DNA of 64,000 nt, from positions 3,390,778 to 3,454,777 of the forward strand of contig NC_134030.1 of assembly GCF_964204645.1 (NCBI RefSeq). Reading direction: 5' to 3'. The stretch is from Tubulanus polymorphus. Its lineage: Eukaryota; Animalia; Nemertea. The notes beneath the pieces were generated by a model. It was not told the DNA's origin. It did not search any database and worked only from the letters and a program-made list of their open reading frames with translations. The translations under genes were made by a program, and so were the position numbers. Positions 41,292 to 52,593 of the stretch are shown here, in pieces. Every line of letters begins with the position of its first letter. The stretch's first letter is position 1.

Positions 41292-42774
41292 AGAAATCTG
41301 TCGAAATAACGCGAGTGTGAATCAATGTGTAAATTAATCTAATCGATGATTTTTCATTTAAGAATTACATGGCTTCATCTCTCGTTTGAATATGTAAATT
41401 GTCCTTTGATTTAATTTTGTTGCTGAGTTGAATATCATCAGGTGTTGAGGATTTTCTCCGTAAAGAATAAGCCGTTCGAACTCTAGAAACCAGTTTTCAT
41501 ATATTGTCCATTTATCGAATTTTGAGAATCGAGTAAAAATCAGGCATATATTACAAAGTTCACCCAGTCCTGGAAGGGATTGTATCCACAGAGATCTCCG
41601 TCGCTCTACGATCCTAGTGTATCCACCTGTGGTAACATCAGACACTAAGTAAGGTTCTGGGTGAAATGACAAAGATGAAACCATAATCTTGAAATAATTC
41701 AACTTCAGTTCTTATAAATGACGTTATCACGTATTGTGTGTATAGTATATAACACGTCCTTGCTCTGAACTAATAACGTAGAACTGGATCATGATGTTCA
41801 ATAAGCGACATGGCTGAAATCCAAATCATTGACATTTCGTGGTTGCGTTTCTGTTTCACATCTCTAATTACTCTATTAAACACATGGTTTTAGATTTCTA
41901 TTTGATAAATCGTCAAGTGTATCGAATTCAATTTTTCCTATTGGTTTTTTTATCATATTCTTAGTTCATATAGTTTCATAGGTTTGAATATCCAACATCT
42001 GTCAATATGACGTATTCACGGGGTTTAGATGCCTCTTTGTAAAACCGCGTATCCCATAATCAAAAGTGAATTGTTTTCCGTGGGTCACATTTTCAACGGA
42101 GTTCTAAACCTCTCGGAGCCATAATCGTGTGTGCGATACTGAAATAGCAAACTACTAGGTGACTACATTCATCCCGCCCATCAGGTAAGACACATTTCAG
42201 ATTTATCAAGTTGCGATCTTTAAATGATAATTTTCATATGTGTTTAGATGTATCCCTTTCGATATAGAATACAGATTTACTACTTCAGTCTACAACTCAG
42301 GATACAGTATAAACTACTTTATTCACCAGAACATAAGCTTCATATTCCTTGCCTCTCTTGCCTTGAATATAGAAAACAAGTCACAGTCAGAAATTAATTC
42401 GAATGGGATTTCTATTTTCTCTTGAATATATATTTTACAGATGAAGAAAAAGATTTTATTTTACTGGTTTTACAAGATTTAATCAAAATTAAGTCTTTAA
42501 CGAATTTTATTACTTAGCTCTACTTTCATCTCAGAACCAATTACAATTAGATATTACATCATATCATATGCATCTAATTAGGAAAACTATTACAGAGTGT
42601 GATTAAGAAACAAATCATTCTAATAATATGACAACAAGCTTAATGCTTCAGAATTGAAAACCCGTTAAGAAGAAAAAAAATAATGATATGATAAGGAAAA
42701 GTGATTTCACTTTCAAGTAGTTAGAAAATTACATCGTATTTGTTTTCCAGAATTATTTTTCAGATCATCAGTTG

Positions 42775-44598
42775 ATGACGATGTTGAAATATTTAGCTGC
42801 CGTGTTGTTTTTGACTCTGTCGTGTGCGGCGTTCGACATCGAAACGCTGATAAAACGAAGCGTTGAAGTAGCCAAACAGAACTCTGAATGCGGGTGTATC
42901 CCTCATAAATTCACCACCACATACTTCGCTACTGTTACCGGTATACCTGCGACAGGAGACATCTCCGAATACTCTGGCAGGTGCATACGTTAAATTGAGT
43001 CTTTAGACCTTGCACATTACGCCTAGTTTTGCGTTCAATATTCGTTGTTTATATACACAAAAATAGTTTGGCGATTGATTTTGACGCAAAACGAGCCCGA
43101 ATGAGTCTGTTAACAAGCCACACGGCGAATACTGTTCCAGTTCATTTTGGAATCTTTGAACAGCTTAATTTACTGTGGAACGGAGAAACCGTGAGAAATA
43201 TTTTTACTATTCATTTCATTTGGATATTGATATTTTGTAGTAGTTGTTTAAACTGTAAGAAATACGTTAGTATGTATAATTGAACCTTCGTAGTAGCTTT
43301 GAGTAAATAGATAAATAGAAAAATAAGATAGAAAAATAAAAGCTCTGCATTTAAAATAGTCTATATTCCTCTTTTAAGGGAACCATACATGGAAAAAGAG
43401 CGGGAAAATGCCTTAATGTCGAAATACCAGCACAGGAATTACTTTGTGGAATGGTGGCTGCGTTTTTCTCTGGAGACAAAAGATGCAGAATGGGTAAGAC
43501 GTACCCATCCGAAAAAAAATTGAAACATCGTTCAGATAAAAATCCACATATATCAAAGCTTTCGATTATATACATATATACTCAGAAAAGTAGTTGAAAC
43601 GACGTAGAACAATTTCAAATCGTTTAAGATTAGGATGGACATCGTTTGTATTTTAAGACTTACACCAAATGAGAGACAATACTACAACATATTATTATCG
43701 GTCGATTCCCGAGGCTGAATTGAAATTCCAATATTGTGATACGACGTGTGAGTTGAAAAAAGCTGTCGTCGAGATGAAAATTCCTGCAAAAGGTAATAAT
43801 CAATCAATTACCAGAAGACACCAGTGCCCCCCCCCCCCCGAAATTTTCTCTTGCCTGGCTGAGAGCCGACAAGGGTCGGGCCGTGGCGATGGCTTGCGGG
43901 ATACGCCTACAACTCCCCTACAGGCTAAACTCTAAACTACATAAACACCTCATACAGATTACTGTTTGGAAAACTCCTGGGGAAAACTTTTTAATGATCC
44001 TTTAAAAATGGTTACAGTTAAGTCTATGTACAGCCTGATCTACAGCCTGATCTACAGCCTGATCTACAGCCTGATCTACAGCCTGATCTACAGCCTGATC
44101 TACAGCCTGATCTACAGCCTGATCTACAGCCTGTTCTACAGCCTGATCTACAGCCTGATCTATAGCCTGATCTACAGCCTGATCTACAGCCTGATCTACA
44201 GCCTGTTCTACAGCCTGATCTACAGCCTGATCTACAGCCTGATCTACAGCCTGATCTACAGTCTGATGTGACGAATCCGCTTGGAAAAGACCATTATCAA
44301 ATATTGCGTTCATCCCTATAGTAATAAGTAATTCATCGTTTAATCGAATTGTCTTCCAGGTGATAGTTTTTCGGGATACAATCTCGAGGCAAAGTTCTAT
44401 ATCGATAAACTCGACGTAGAAGAGGACTTCCTTGAACCATTCTGCCATGAAGACCCTGCTGCGCCCATGACGATGGAGGTTCGTACATACAGACCTCAGA
44501 TAGTTGCCTACGTATTTCTATTTGAGGAAATGTATGTATAAATGCTGAAATTTGTTTTTCTTCAGAAATCAAAGACGGCAGTCGACAGGAATTTCTGA
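42775..44598 (+). CDS. Secreted ependymin-related-like protein, copy 2 (tandem paralogue); 6 exons
   Basis: Same exon structure and motifs: [30 protein letters not shown]...[24 protein letters not shown]...MTME. Last exons 44360-44478 and 44566-44598. Confidence 0.6.
44028..44268 (+). repeat. 12-bp minisatellite (TACAGCCTGATC)n in an intron of copy 2
   Basis: About 20 nearly identical units; it explains the YSLI and DQAV ORFs. Confidence 0.97.
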
Positions 44599-46054
44599 TG
44601 TCAGTAAAATGTGGATCAACAGCTCGATAAAGATGTTAAAATAATGAGAGTTCTCAGAAAATCTGTATAACTTGTAATTAACATTTTCTATTAAAGAATT
44701 ACATGGCTTCACCTCTCGTTTGAATATGTAAATTGTGCGTTGATTTAATTTTTCTGAGTTGCTGAGATCTATGTCAGTTGTTGAGGATTATTCTCTGTAA
44801 ATTATAAGCCGTTCGAGTGGAGATAGACCCGAGCTGTATCGGGTTCAAAAGGTTTTTCAAAACAGCTGAATTTCTGGTCTATCTTTCTATATATTATATA
44901 TACTGTAACATGTATTAACATGATTAACTGAATCAAACTGTCAGCGGTTAGTAGGATATTATTGTAGTGGATATAACATTAATTTTGCACGTATAAAATC
45001 ATATCAATTAACAATGATTGAAACTACAGAAAAAAAATGCCAATTTGAGAAGAAAATATATGTTATATACTTAAGACTTAACTGGGCTAATTTGTAAAGT
45101 TGCGTAAATGTAATGTGTAAAGTTTGACTATTAAACGATCGAAAATGAACTAACTCCGAGTTAACTCACAAGGAACAGGTCCTGATGTTGAGTGACGATA
45201 TAAAAATCGTTTCTATTTCGTGTAGCGGCTGATATACAACTACAAATACGTGTATACACACACGAGTTTCAGATTCGATCCGATTTGAGAAACAGTATCG
45301 GATCGAGTGCGTATGAATTTCTATCGATTCCGTGGATTTCTGGCCACATTTTTTACACTCAGCGCTATAGCTTTAACTTGTTCTCGTCCCATTGAATACA
45401 TCTGTCGAGGAGAAGTATTCAATTTCTCTCAATATGAAATACCGAACAGTAGAAAAGTGAATATTATCCGAATCCCGCTCGCGTGGTTTATGCACAGTTT
45501 ATTGTCAAGTCAGGTAAGTCGCATTTTGCATTTTGCACTGACCTGGAAGACATCAAAAACTCGGAAAATTTGGAAAAGCTATTGGCCACGTGTTTCATTA
45601 TCAATACGTGGTTCTTGAAAATGAATATATTTCTCCAATGACCTGCTTTTCTCATGCCATCATTTTAAATGCTACGATAAGTTTTTGAAAGCTATCGCCT
45701 AGGTAAATTAATTTTCAAGTAGTACACGCTATGAGTTTTATGCTCTTTGTGTAATATATGTGGCTTGTATTTCCCGATGTAACTGTATGTACGACATCGT
45801 TTAATGTAATAGATATGTTTATAAAAAAAGCTTTTGATTATATTTCAATATCGACATTGATACAAATTTATTCAAAGTGATTTATGAAAAACGTAGAACT
45901 CTTAACATGGGCGTCACAATACCCTGCGATAGCTTTACTGTCTGCACAGGGGGTTGACAATACCCTAAGATGTCTTGTTTCGCCGTCTAATGACATCACT
46001 TATTATGAGGCTAAGTCTATAGTCAGGTTTTGAATTCCCGCTCATGTCTTTAGA

Positions 46055-46905
46055 ATGAAACTCCAAAAGACGATTCCACTACTGATGGTCGCTATATTCG
46101 GCATCTGTCACGCTCAGGATCAACCTTATATTGGTACGTTTTAATTTGTCGTATAAAAGATGGTTTCTGAAGTAGGATTCAAAAAGATATATCTAATATA
46201 CTTTGTATATTCCAGACTGGCAGGGACATTGTACAGGCTCAGGAAATGTTGTATTTCTTATTGATTCATCGCTAAGCGTTCGAGACAATTTCAGAAGCTT
46301 GTTCAATGCAGCACGTGATATTCACTCGAAATATTCGCAGAAGTTGGTGACGACAAGAATTGTGTATTTTGGACAAACGCCGAAACTTATCGATCCAGTC
46401 GATAGCTCGTATTTCGAAAATGTAGTGAATATCAGTAAAGAATATATAGGAGGTAAACCGTCTCTTAATTTTTCATACAACTTCTCACTTTCAATTAAGA
46501 TTACGTAAGCTATTCATGATAATTCTGAAATATCAGGGCTGACCTATCTGAACCAAGCGCTTTCGATTGTTGGAAATTTGACCAAAAATGGCGGCCAGGA
46601 CGGCGAACCTTGGATTGTTATTGTACTAACAGACGGCTACCTAAAAGACGACCCCAAACAACTGCTCGAAACTCAAACCAATTATCTGAAAAATATCGAG
46701 AAGGTAACTACCGTAATAGAATGTGTATCTCGGTGTTTTTATTTTCTCACTGGTAAATTTCAATGAGTAACGAGAGAAATCCCACAATAAATTCAGCCAA
46801 AACGTCTCGTCTCATTTCAATGAGTAATCAATTCATTGCGTAAGATTTGTCATTGAGTGAACCGCATCAGGTTCGAATCAAAGGCTACCTCACTGCTTCG
46901 ATGTC

Positions 46906-46985
<80 letters not shown>

Positions 46986-47413
46986 TTATTTTATATTTTA
47001 TATTTCACGCGCGCAGATACTGATAATGTTGCAGAACGAAGATCCACGCATTGAATTGGCAGGATTGACGCAGGACAGGAAATTCTATTTCGCGGATTAT
47101 GAACAGCAGTTTGATCAAGCCCGTATGAAATTGCATGACAAACTGTGTAAAGGTGAAGTTAGGTTTCAACGATCAGGGAACTGGGTGCACACAGCTCGGA
47201 TATATATATATATGAACCCAAGAGCTTCAGGGTCGTCCATGAGTGGATCTACTTGATCATAGTCTCTGAATCGTGACGAGCTTTTTCAAATATATTCTAT
47301 CAATTCATTTACTAATGAATTCGTTATTGTTCGTTTCAGATTTAAAGCCCCCGACTGAACCGATGAAATGTGTGCTCCTACCCGGAAGTGGTTATCCAGA
47401 CCTTTATCTCTAA
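46055..47413 (+). CDS. Small secreted single von Willebrand factor A domain protein; 5 coding exons (46055-46133, 46216-46452, 46537-46702, 47017-47152, 47340-47413)
   Basis: Signal peptide MKLQKTIPLLMVAIFGICHA. MIDAS residues present: VFLIDSSLS, GLTY, IVLTDG. Terminal LCK typical of vWA. A likely 5'UTR exon ends near 45512. Confidence 0.85.
46913..46982 (+). repeat. (TA)n microsatellite in a vWA-gene intron
   Basis: Direct dinucleotide run. Confidence 0.98.
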
Positions 47414-47612
47414 AATTCGATCATTAATTACTTAAGGTTAATGCTGTCGTCATCAAATATATAATGAAATAAGATATCATATATAAACATAACATGATAT
47501 TGGTCTTCTTGTATTTATTTTCTTAATGATCTGAGGATCTCAAAGGAATTGATTCGACTCTTGGTCCTGTGCTATGTATAAGTATGTATGCCAGCGAGTA
47601 ACAATTTGCCTT

Positions 47613-47913
47613 TGGACCCAGATCCACAGTTGTGTGAGTTTAATTTGGTTCTGAATCCAGTTCCACAGTTTTGTGAGTTTAATCTGTTTCTGGACCCATT
47701 TTCACAGCTCTGTGGGTTTGATTTAACCCTGCAATCAGTTCCACAGTTGTGCGGGTTTAATTTGACTCCGAATTCAGTTGACTCTGGAATCAATTTCATG
47801 GTCGTGTGGGTTTGATTCTTCTCTGGACCCGTGAGTTTCATTTGACCCTGAACCCAGTTTCGCAGTTGTGTGGGTTTCACTCTTCTCTGGTACCAGTTTT
47901 ACAATTGTGTGTG
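47613..47913 (+). repeat. Tandem array of ~39-bp family A MITE-end units
   Basis: TGGACCCAG(A/T)TCCACAGTTGTGTG(A/G)GTTTAATT repeated about 8 times with decay. Confidence 0.85.
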
Positions 47914-48360
47914 AATAACCATGAAGCCGATTCTATGACACACAACCCTGAAATAACATATGGCACTGAATCCAGAGTTACACAACATTTTTTTCTGTGT
48001 GCGGATATCTTCGTGTATATTTTTCAATGTTGGGAAACATTCAGATGTATGGTTAACGAGTTGACGCGTATGAATAAAAACTTATCTTAATGGCAAATCT
48101 CAGATATAGAAATTGAATATCAAAATATCTGATTGTTATACAACATGTAATTGAGCAGTGTGAATACAGCCGTCATGACTAACGCCTGCTTAATCGCGAT
48201 CCTCCTCGGAGTTTTAGGATTGAAACAATATGTTTATTGTAATAATGAGGTATTTAACAAACACTGCAATTATTTATGTATCCTTTATGTACAATGAAAA
48301 CCAGTTATTTACAGAAAATGAAATAAAACATGAACAGTTACAGTATCTACTTATTGTCAA

Positions 48361-51300
48361 ATGAAGCGAATTCTTGTTGTTTTCGGTCTCACGTTAATCA
48401 TTACTGCTTTATCAATACATGTGGTAAAGTATCATTTGATTATGTGAGTAAATGAATTCAATCTTTATTTAGCTCCGACCCCTGTATGTGATTGGTAATA
48501 TGGCTAATACAATTGATGACGTTAACGCGTATCTAAATGCTGGAGCAAACGCGATCCAGGCTGATCTTTCATTCTCTAAGGTACTACGGATTTTCATTGT
48601 TATTTATTTTCATAATCTGTGACTGGAGTGTAAAACAATACATTAACCCCCACGTGTGGAGGGTCTAGAAACAAAATAAGATCCGAACAACTGTGGAACT
48701 GGTTCTACAATCAAAAAACATGAAACTGGGTACCCATACAACTGTGGAACTGGAACTGGGTACAGCATCTAATTAAACCCACAAAACTTTGGAACTGGGT
48801 TCAGAGACAAATGGAACGCATAGATATGGATTGAAACTTGTTGCCGAGTCAAATTGGGGTCCAAAACCACAGCTGTGGAACGGGGCATACGTAGATTCAA
48901 ATTGACCCCACAAACATCGTCCATATACCTACAATTGTAGAACCCATGTTTATATCTAAATGTACGAATATGAAACTGTTTATGTCGCTGTTATCGAATT
49001 TGTTTCGATTTTTTCGTTTTCATTTCTTTGAAGTCTACATCACAGCCGGAATCGTTCTATCGCGGGTTTCCGTGCGATTGCTTCCGGGTTTGTCACCGAT
49101 CCAATGACGTCATCGACTATTTCAAATACGTTCGAGATATTTCAACACCAGGTACTAAAAACACCGAATAAATCAACGCCAGAAACTTTTCTTTTCTAGA
49201 ATTTCTTTTGGAATCTGATGAAGCACGTGTACTAGTAGCCTACTTATATACGTAGTACTACTCGTCTCAAGAAACTACATAATTTACATGTAAATTATAA
49301 AATAATTTTGTACTTTGATGAATAAAAAGAAAAATTTGTCCGGGAATGTTTCCTTTAGTAACAGATTTTTTTTTGAAGTTTTGACGATGTCATCTACTGG
49401 AACACTGTTAAGTCGAAACGTCAACGACAAATCTTTAACTTAGAAAAACCAATTTCTTTTTGATTTTGGGATTTTCTATATCATATTATCGTTACAAAAA
49501 AAGGACTGAAAGTGTTTCATCGATGAACTAGAATTCTATACGTTTTTCAGGTCATCCAAATTTCATATCGTCTTTTAGTGGAGTTTTATGGATTCGTTCG
49601 AAACTGTCAGGAATTCCTGATTTGAAAATTGCCGGTACTGCGTTTGCGACAACGTTAATGAGGACCGTATACGTCATTGGTATGTATTCTGTATTGCTAC
49701 TGAGGTGCAAGATGAAAATCAATGTTATTCAAATTATTCTCCCTGAAGATGCACAGGGAAGCATTCTTCACGAAACGTCAGTTGAACTTCCTTATTGATC
49801 ATCAATTACTTTGTAGATTCTTTATATACGTCTTTGTATGTCGAAATCAGAATAAGTTGGGCATTACGTCGAGAACTGTAGACTAAGTGCGGTACTTAGT
49901 TCAAAAACTAATGCATTGTTTTCTGTTCAGAAACTCGATTGACGATCATATTGGAATTAGATGATAAAGCTCATTGGGATTTCATCGATGAAGTTATTGC
50001 GGAGTTGACGAAATTCAATAGAATTGATATTTTGGGTCGTATAGGTATGTAAAAGAAAAATACACATTGTCCAGTTATCTAAAACAATACTCATGTAAAA
50101 CACCGTCTGCCGACGAGAGAATGATTGCCATGCTAAAATGTCCACTCACTATTTTCCAACAAAGAGTATATTATGATGTATAATTCAAGCGTATTAAAGT
50201 CTATGGCTTTTAATTATATGTATTTTCAGGCGTTTCGGCAAACGGTGCCGACTACTTTCACGAGTTTATGAACCGTATTAGAGATCCGAGGTATCAATGG
50301 TTAGGTGGATTCTGGCTGGGTGATGGGGTGCTCAGCTGTTTCGAGCATTTTTTCAAAACTCTGGATGTAAGAGAGGCTTTAAACCGCCGGGATATGAGAG
50401 ATATTGGAATCTCGAAGGTCGCTCGATGGACGGTCGATTATAAGAGCAACATCAGAAACGCCATGTGGTAAATTACGCTTCAATCTCATTTGCATATATG
50501 CAGATTTTTTGCTGCCAAAGGCCTCTCGGCGGGACTCGAACCTGATGGCACCGCGACACGGCACAAGGCAGGTAGATGGTATCACGATGTCGCAAGGGTT
50601 CGAATCCCTGCCAAGGGATCATCACGAAATATATACCGATATATAACCATGGACCAGATGCACAATTTGTGGAGCAACTTCGATATTGATGATACCCCTA
50701 AATTTCCTCTTACGGTGAATAAACAATAGAAACCTAAGACAAAAAACACGACGCTTATATCACTCTCTTGCTACATTCTGGTTCTTATATTTTCTGGTTT
50801 ATATTTCTTGTACATAGGTATTCAAATGTTTGGCACATAATAATCGCTATTACAAAAAATCCGTAGAATAATAACGAAAAAAGGAAGCTAATGAAAACTG
50901 AATTTAGTTTAATTGCGATTGAGTTCATTGTGATTTGAAAAATTAGGAAACATAAGTAAAACAAGAAAAACTAAAGCATTATCAAACTAAAATACCGAGT
51001 AAAACATCGCAATAACACGAATAAAATGAACAAAGGGAAAGCTACGTAATATACCTAAATCTGAAAATAATCCTCACACTGAAAAGTGTTTAACTCTAAT
51101 CATTTCCATGATTTAATATTCTCATTTCAACCAATAGCAACAATTCATCAAAAACTGGCCCTTGAGAATTTGGCAAATGGAGCATTTCACTTATAAAGTA
51201 AATCCAGTATCAAATCTAGATGTCACAGACATTCAGGGGTACATACCCTGAAAATGTCGAGCTGCCCTGAACTTTTACACAAAAATAAAAAATAATTAAG

Positions 51301-52171
51301 TCATACCTAAAATTAATTAGCTTGTTGATTGTATTTGCCGAGTCAAATAAAATTAATTAGCTTGTTCATTGTATTTGCCGAGTCAAATTGGGGTCCAAAA
51401 CCACTTATTTTGGGGGTGCACCCCTCCCTGAATCAGACCATTCATCTATCCAAACCTGGAGGGTTACCCTGTATATTGGTTTGATTATATTTCAGGATGG
51501 ATATCGATGTTATAGCCAGTAATAATGTCAATGAAGTCAGGAAAGTATTAGCAGAATCACAATTCTCACATAGATACCGATTAGCGACATTCACCGACGA
51601 TCCATTCCGTCGTATAGTTGGACCCGGAGCTGGTAAACGACAGGGCTGTTCTACTAAGGTTTGTGTCAGATAATTCTGGTTTACAGTAAAGCATTTCGAT
51701 TTTTGCTCGAAGCCACATCAATTTGTAAAAGGCTGAATCGATATTTTGATTGAGTTCACTATAAAACTAGAAACTTTGCTTATAAAACAGTGAAACCTTG
51801 TTACAGCGGACTTCACAGGACCAGAATATAAGTTCGTTATAACCGATAGTTCGTTGTATCCAGTCTGAAATTAATCAAATTTTCTTAACTGGGACGAAAT
51901 TCTATATTTGTGATATCCCATCAATTGTTGTATCCGAGTTCGTTAACGAGGTTCCACAGACGTTGTATTAATAACAATAAATGCCTATATCAAATTGTTA
52001 AACATTGTCATCATTCTAAAGTTCTAAAATTCTATGTTCGAATTGTAGGGAATTATCTCGAAAACCGAATTGTGTTGGATGGATACAACCCTTGCTGGAA
52101 ACTGGTGTTGGACAAATACTAAATGCGGAGACGATCCATCTGTTTGTCACCATAAACTACATTGTAGTTAA
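48361..52171 (+). CDS. Sphingomyelinase D / SicTox (dermonecrotic toxin)-like GDPD-fold protein, predicted catalytically inactive, with a C-terminal 6-Cys module; 8 exons (48361-~48423, 48473-48580, 49033-49151, 49551-49679, 49931-50044, 50230-50467, 51496-51658, 52049-52171)
   Basis: Signal peptide; LRPLYVIGNMAN; GANAIQAD; FYRGFPCDCFRVC; WLGDGVLSC; KVARWTVD; C-terminal plug motif RLATFTDDPF. All are recognisable SMase D family motifs in the correct order. Confidence 0.88.
48645..48945 (-). repeat. Decayed array of family A ~39-bp units in reverse orientation, in intron 2 of the SMase D-like gene
   Basis: Repeated ACAACTGTGGAACTGG(G)T motifs. Confidence 0.75.
51788..51958. mobile_element. 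Tc1/mariner-pogo-type MITE remnant (CAGTGAAACCT.GTTA...TAACGAGGTTCCAC)
   Basis: Imperfect TIRs with internal TTCGTT(A/G)TA repeats typical of pogo/Tigger-derived MITEs. Confidence 0.5.
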
Positions 52172-52593
52172 CTATATCATAAATAAAATACATTGTCACT
52201 TACTTGCATCGTAATAAAACTACATTGTAATTAAGCAACATTGTAATGACATTGGAAATGAAAAAAAATTCGTCCATATAAATAAATCAATATCAGTTAT
52301 TCCAAAATATCAGTTATTTCAAATTTCAAACATTAATTGTAACAGATAGAGCATCGATGCTCAACGTAAAACTGTGGGTTCTACTGGCAGCATGTACACC
52401 GGGGTATGTATAGCATTTATCACAGATATCAAATGATGTTTCTGAGCCAATTGTTAGTCGCGCAAACGAAGGATTCGTCACTCAAAAATCATGCGGCGAA
52501 CAATCCTCCCAGACGTCGCCGGTTTAACAATCATGTTCATTCCGTGCAGGAAAACACAAAGCATCAACGCAATACAACATCTTCACTGATTAT

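Noticed and set aside
43966-44448. YSLI-repeat and DQAV-repeat ORFs on both strands
   Set aside because: Both come from the 12-bp intronic minisatellite; the minus-strand ORF also overlaps a real plus-strand exon.
47572-48090. CRISPR-like appearance and repeat-protein ORFs of the 39-bp array
   Set aside because: Units are contiguous and degenerate with no unique spacers, there are no cas genes, the context is eukaryotic, and the unit matches MITE ends.
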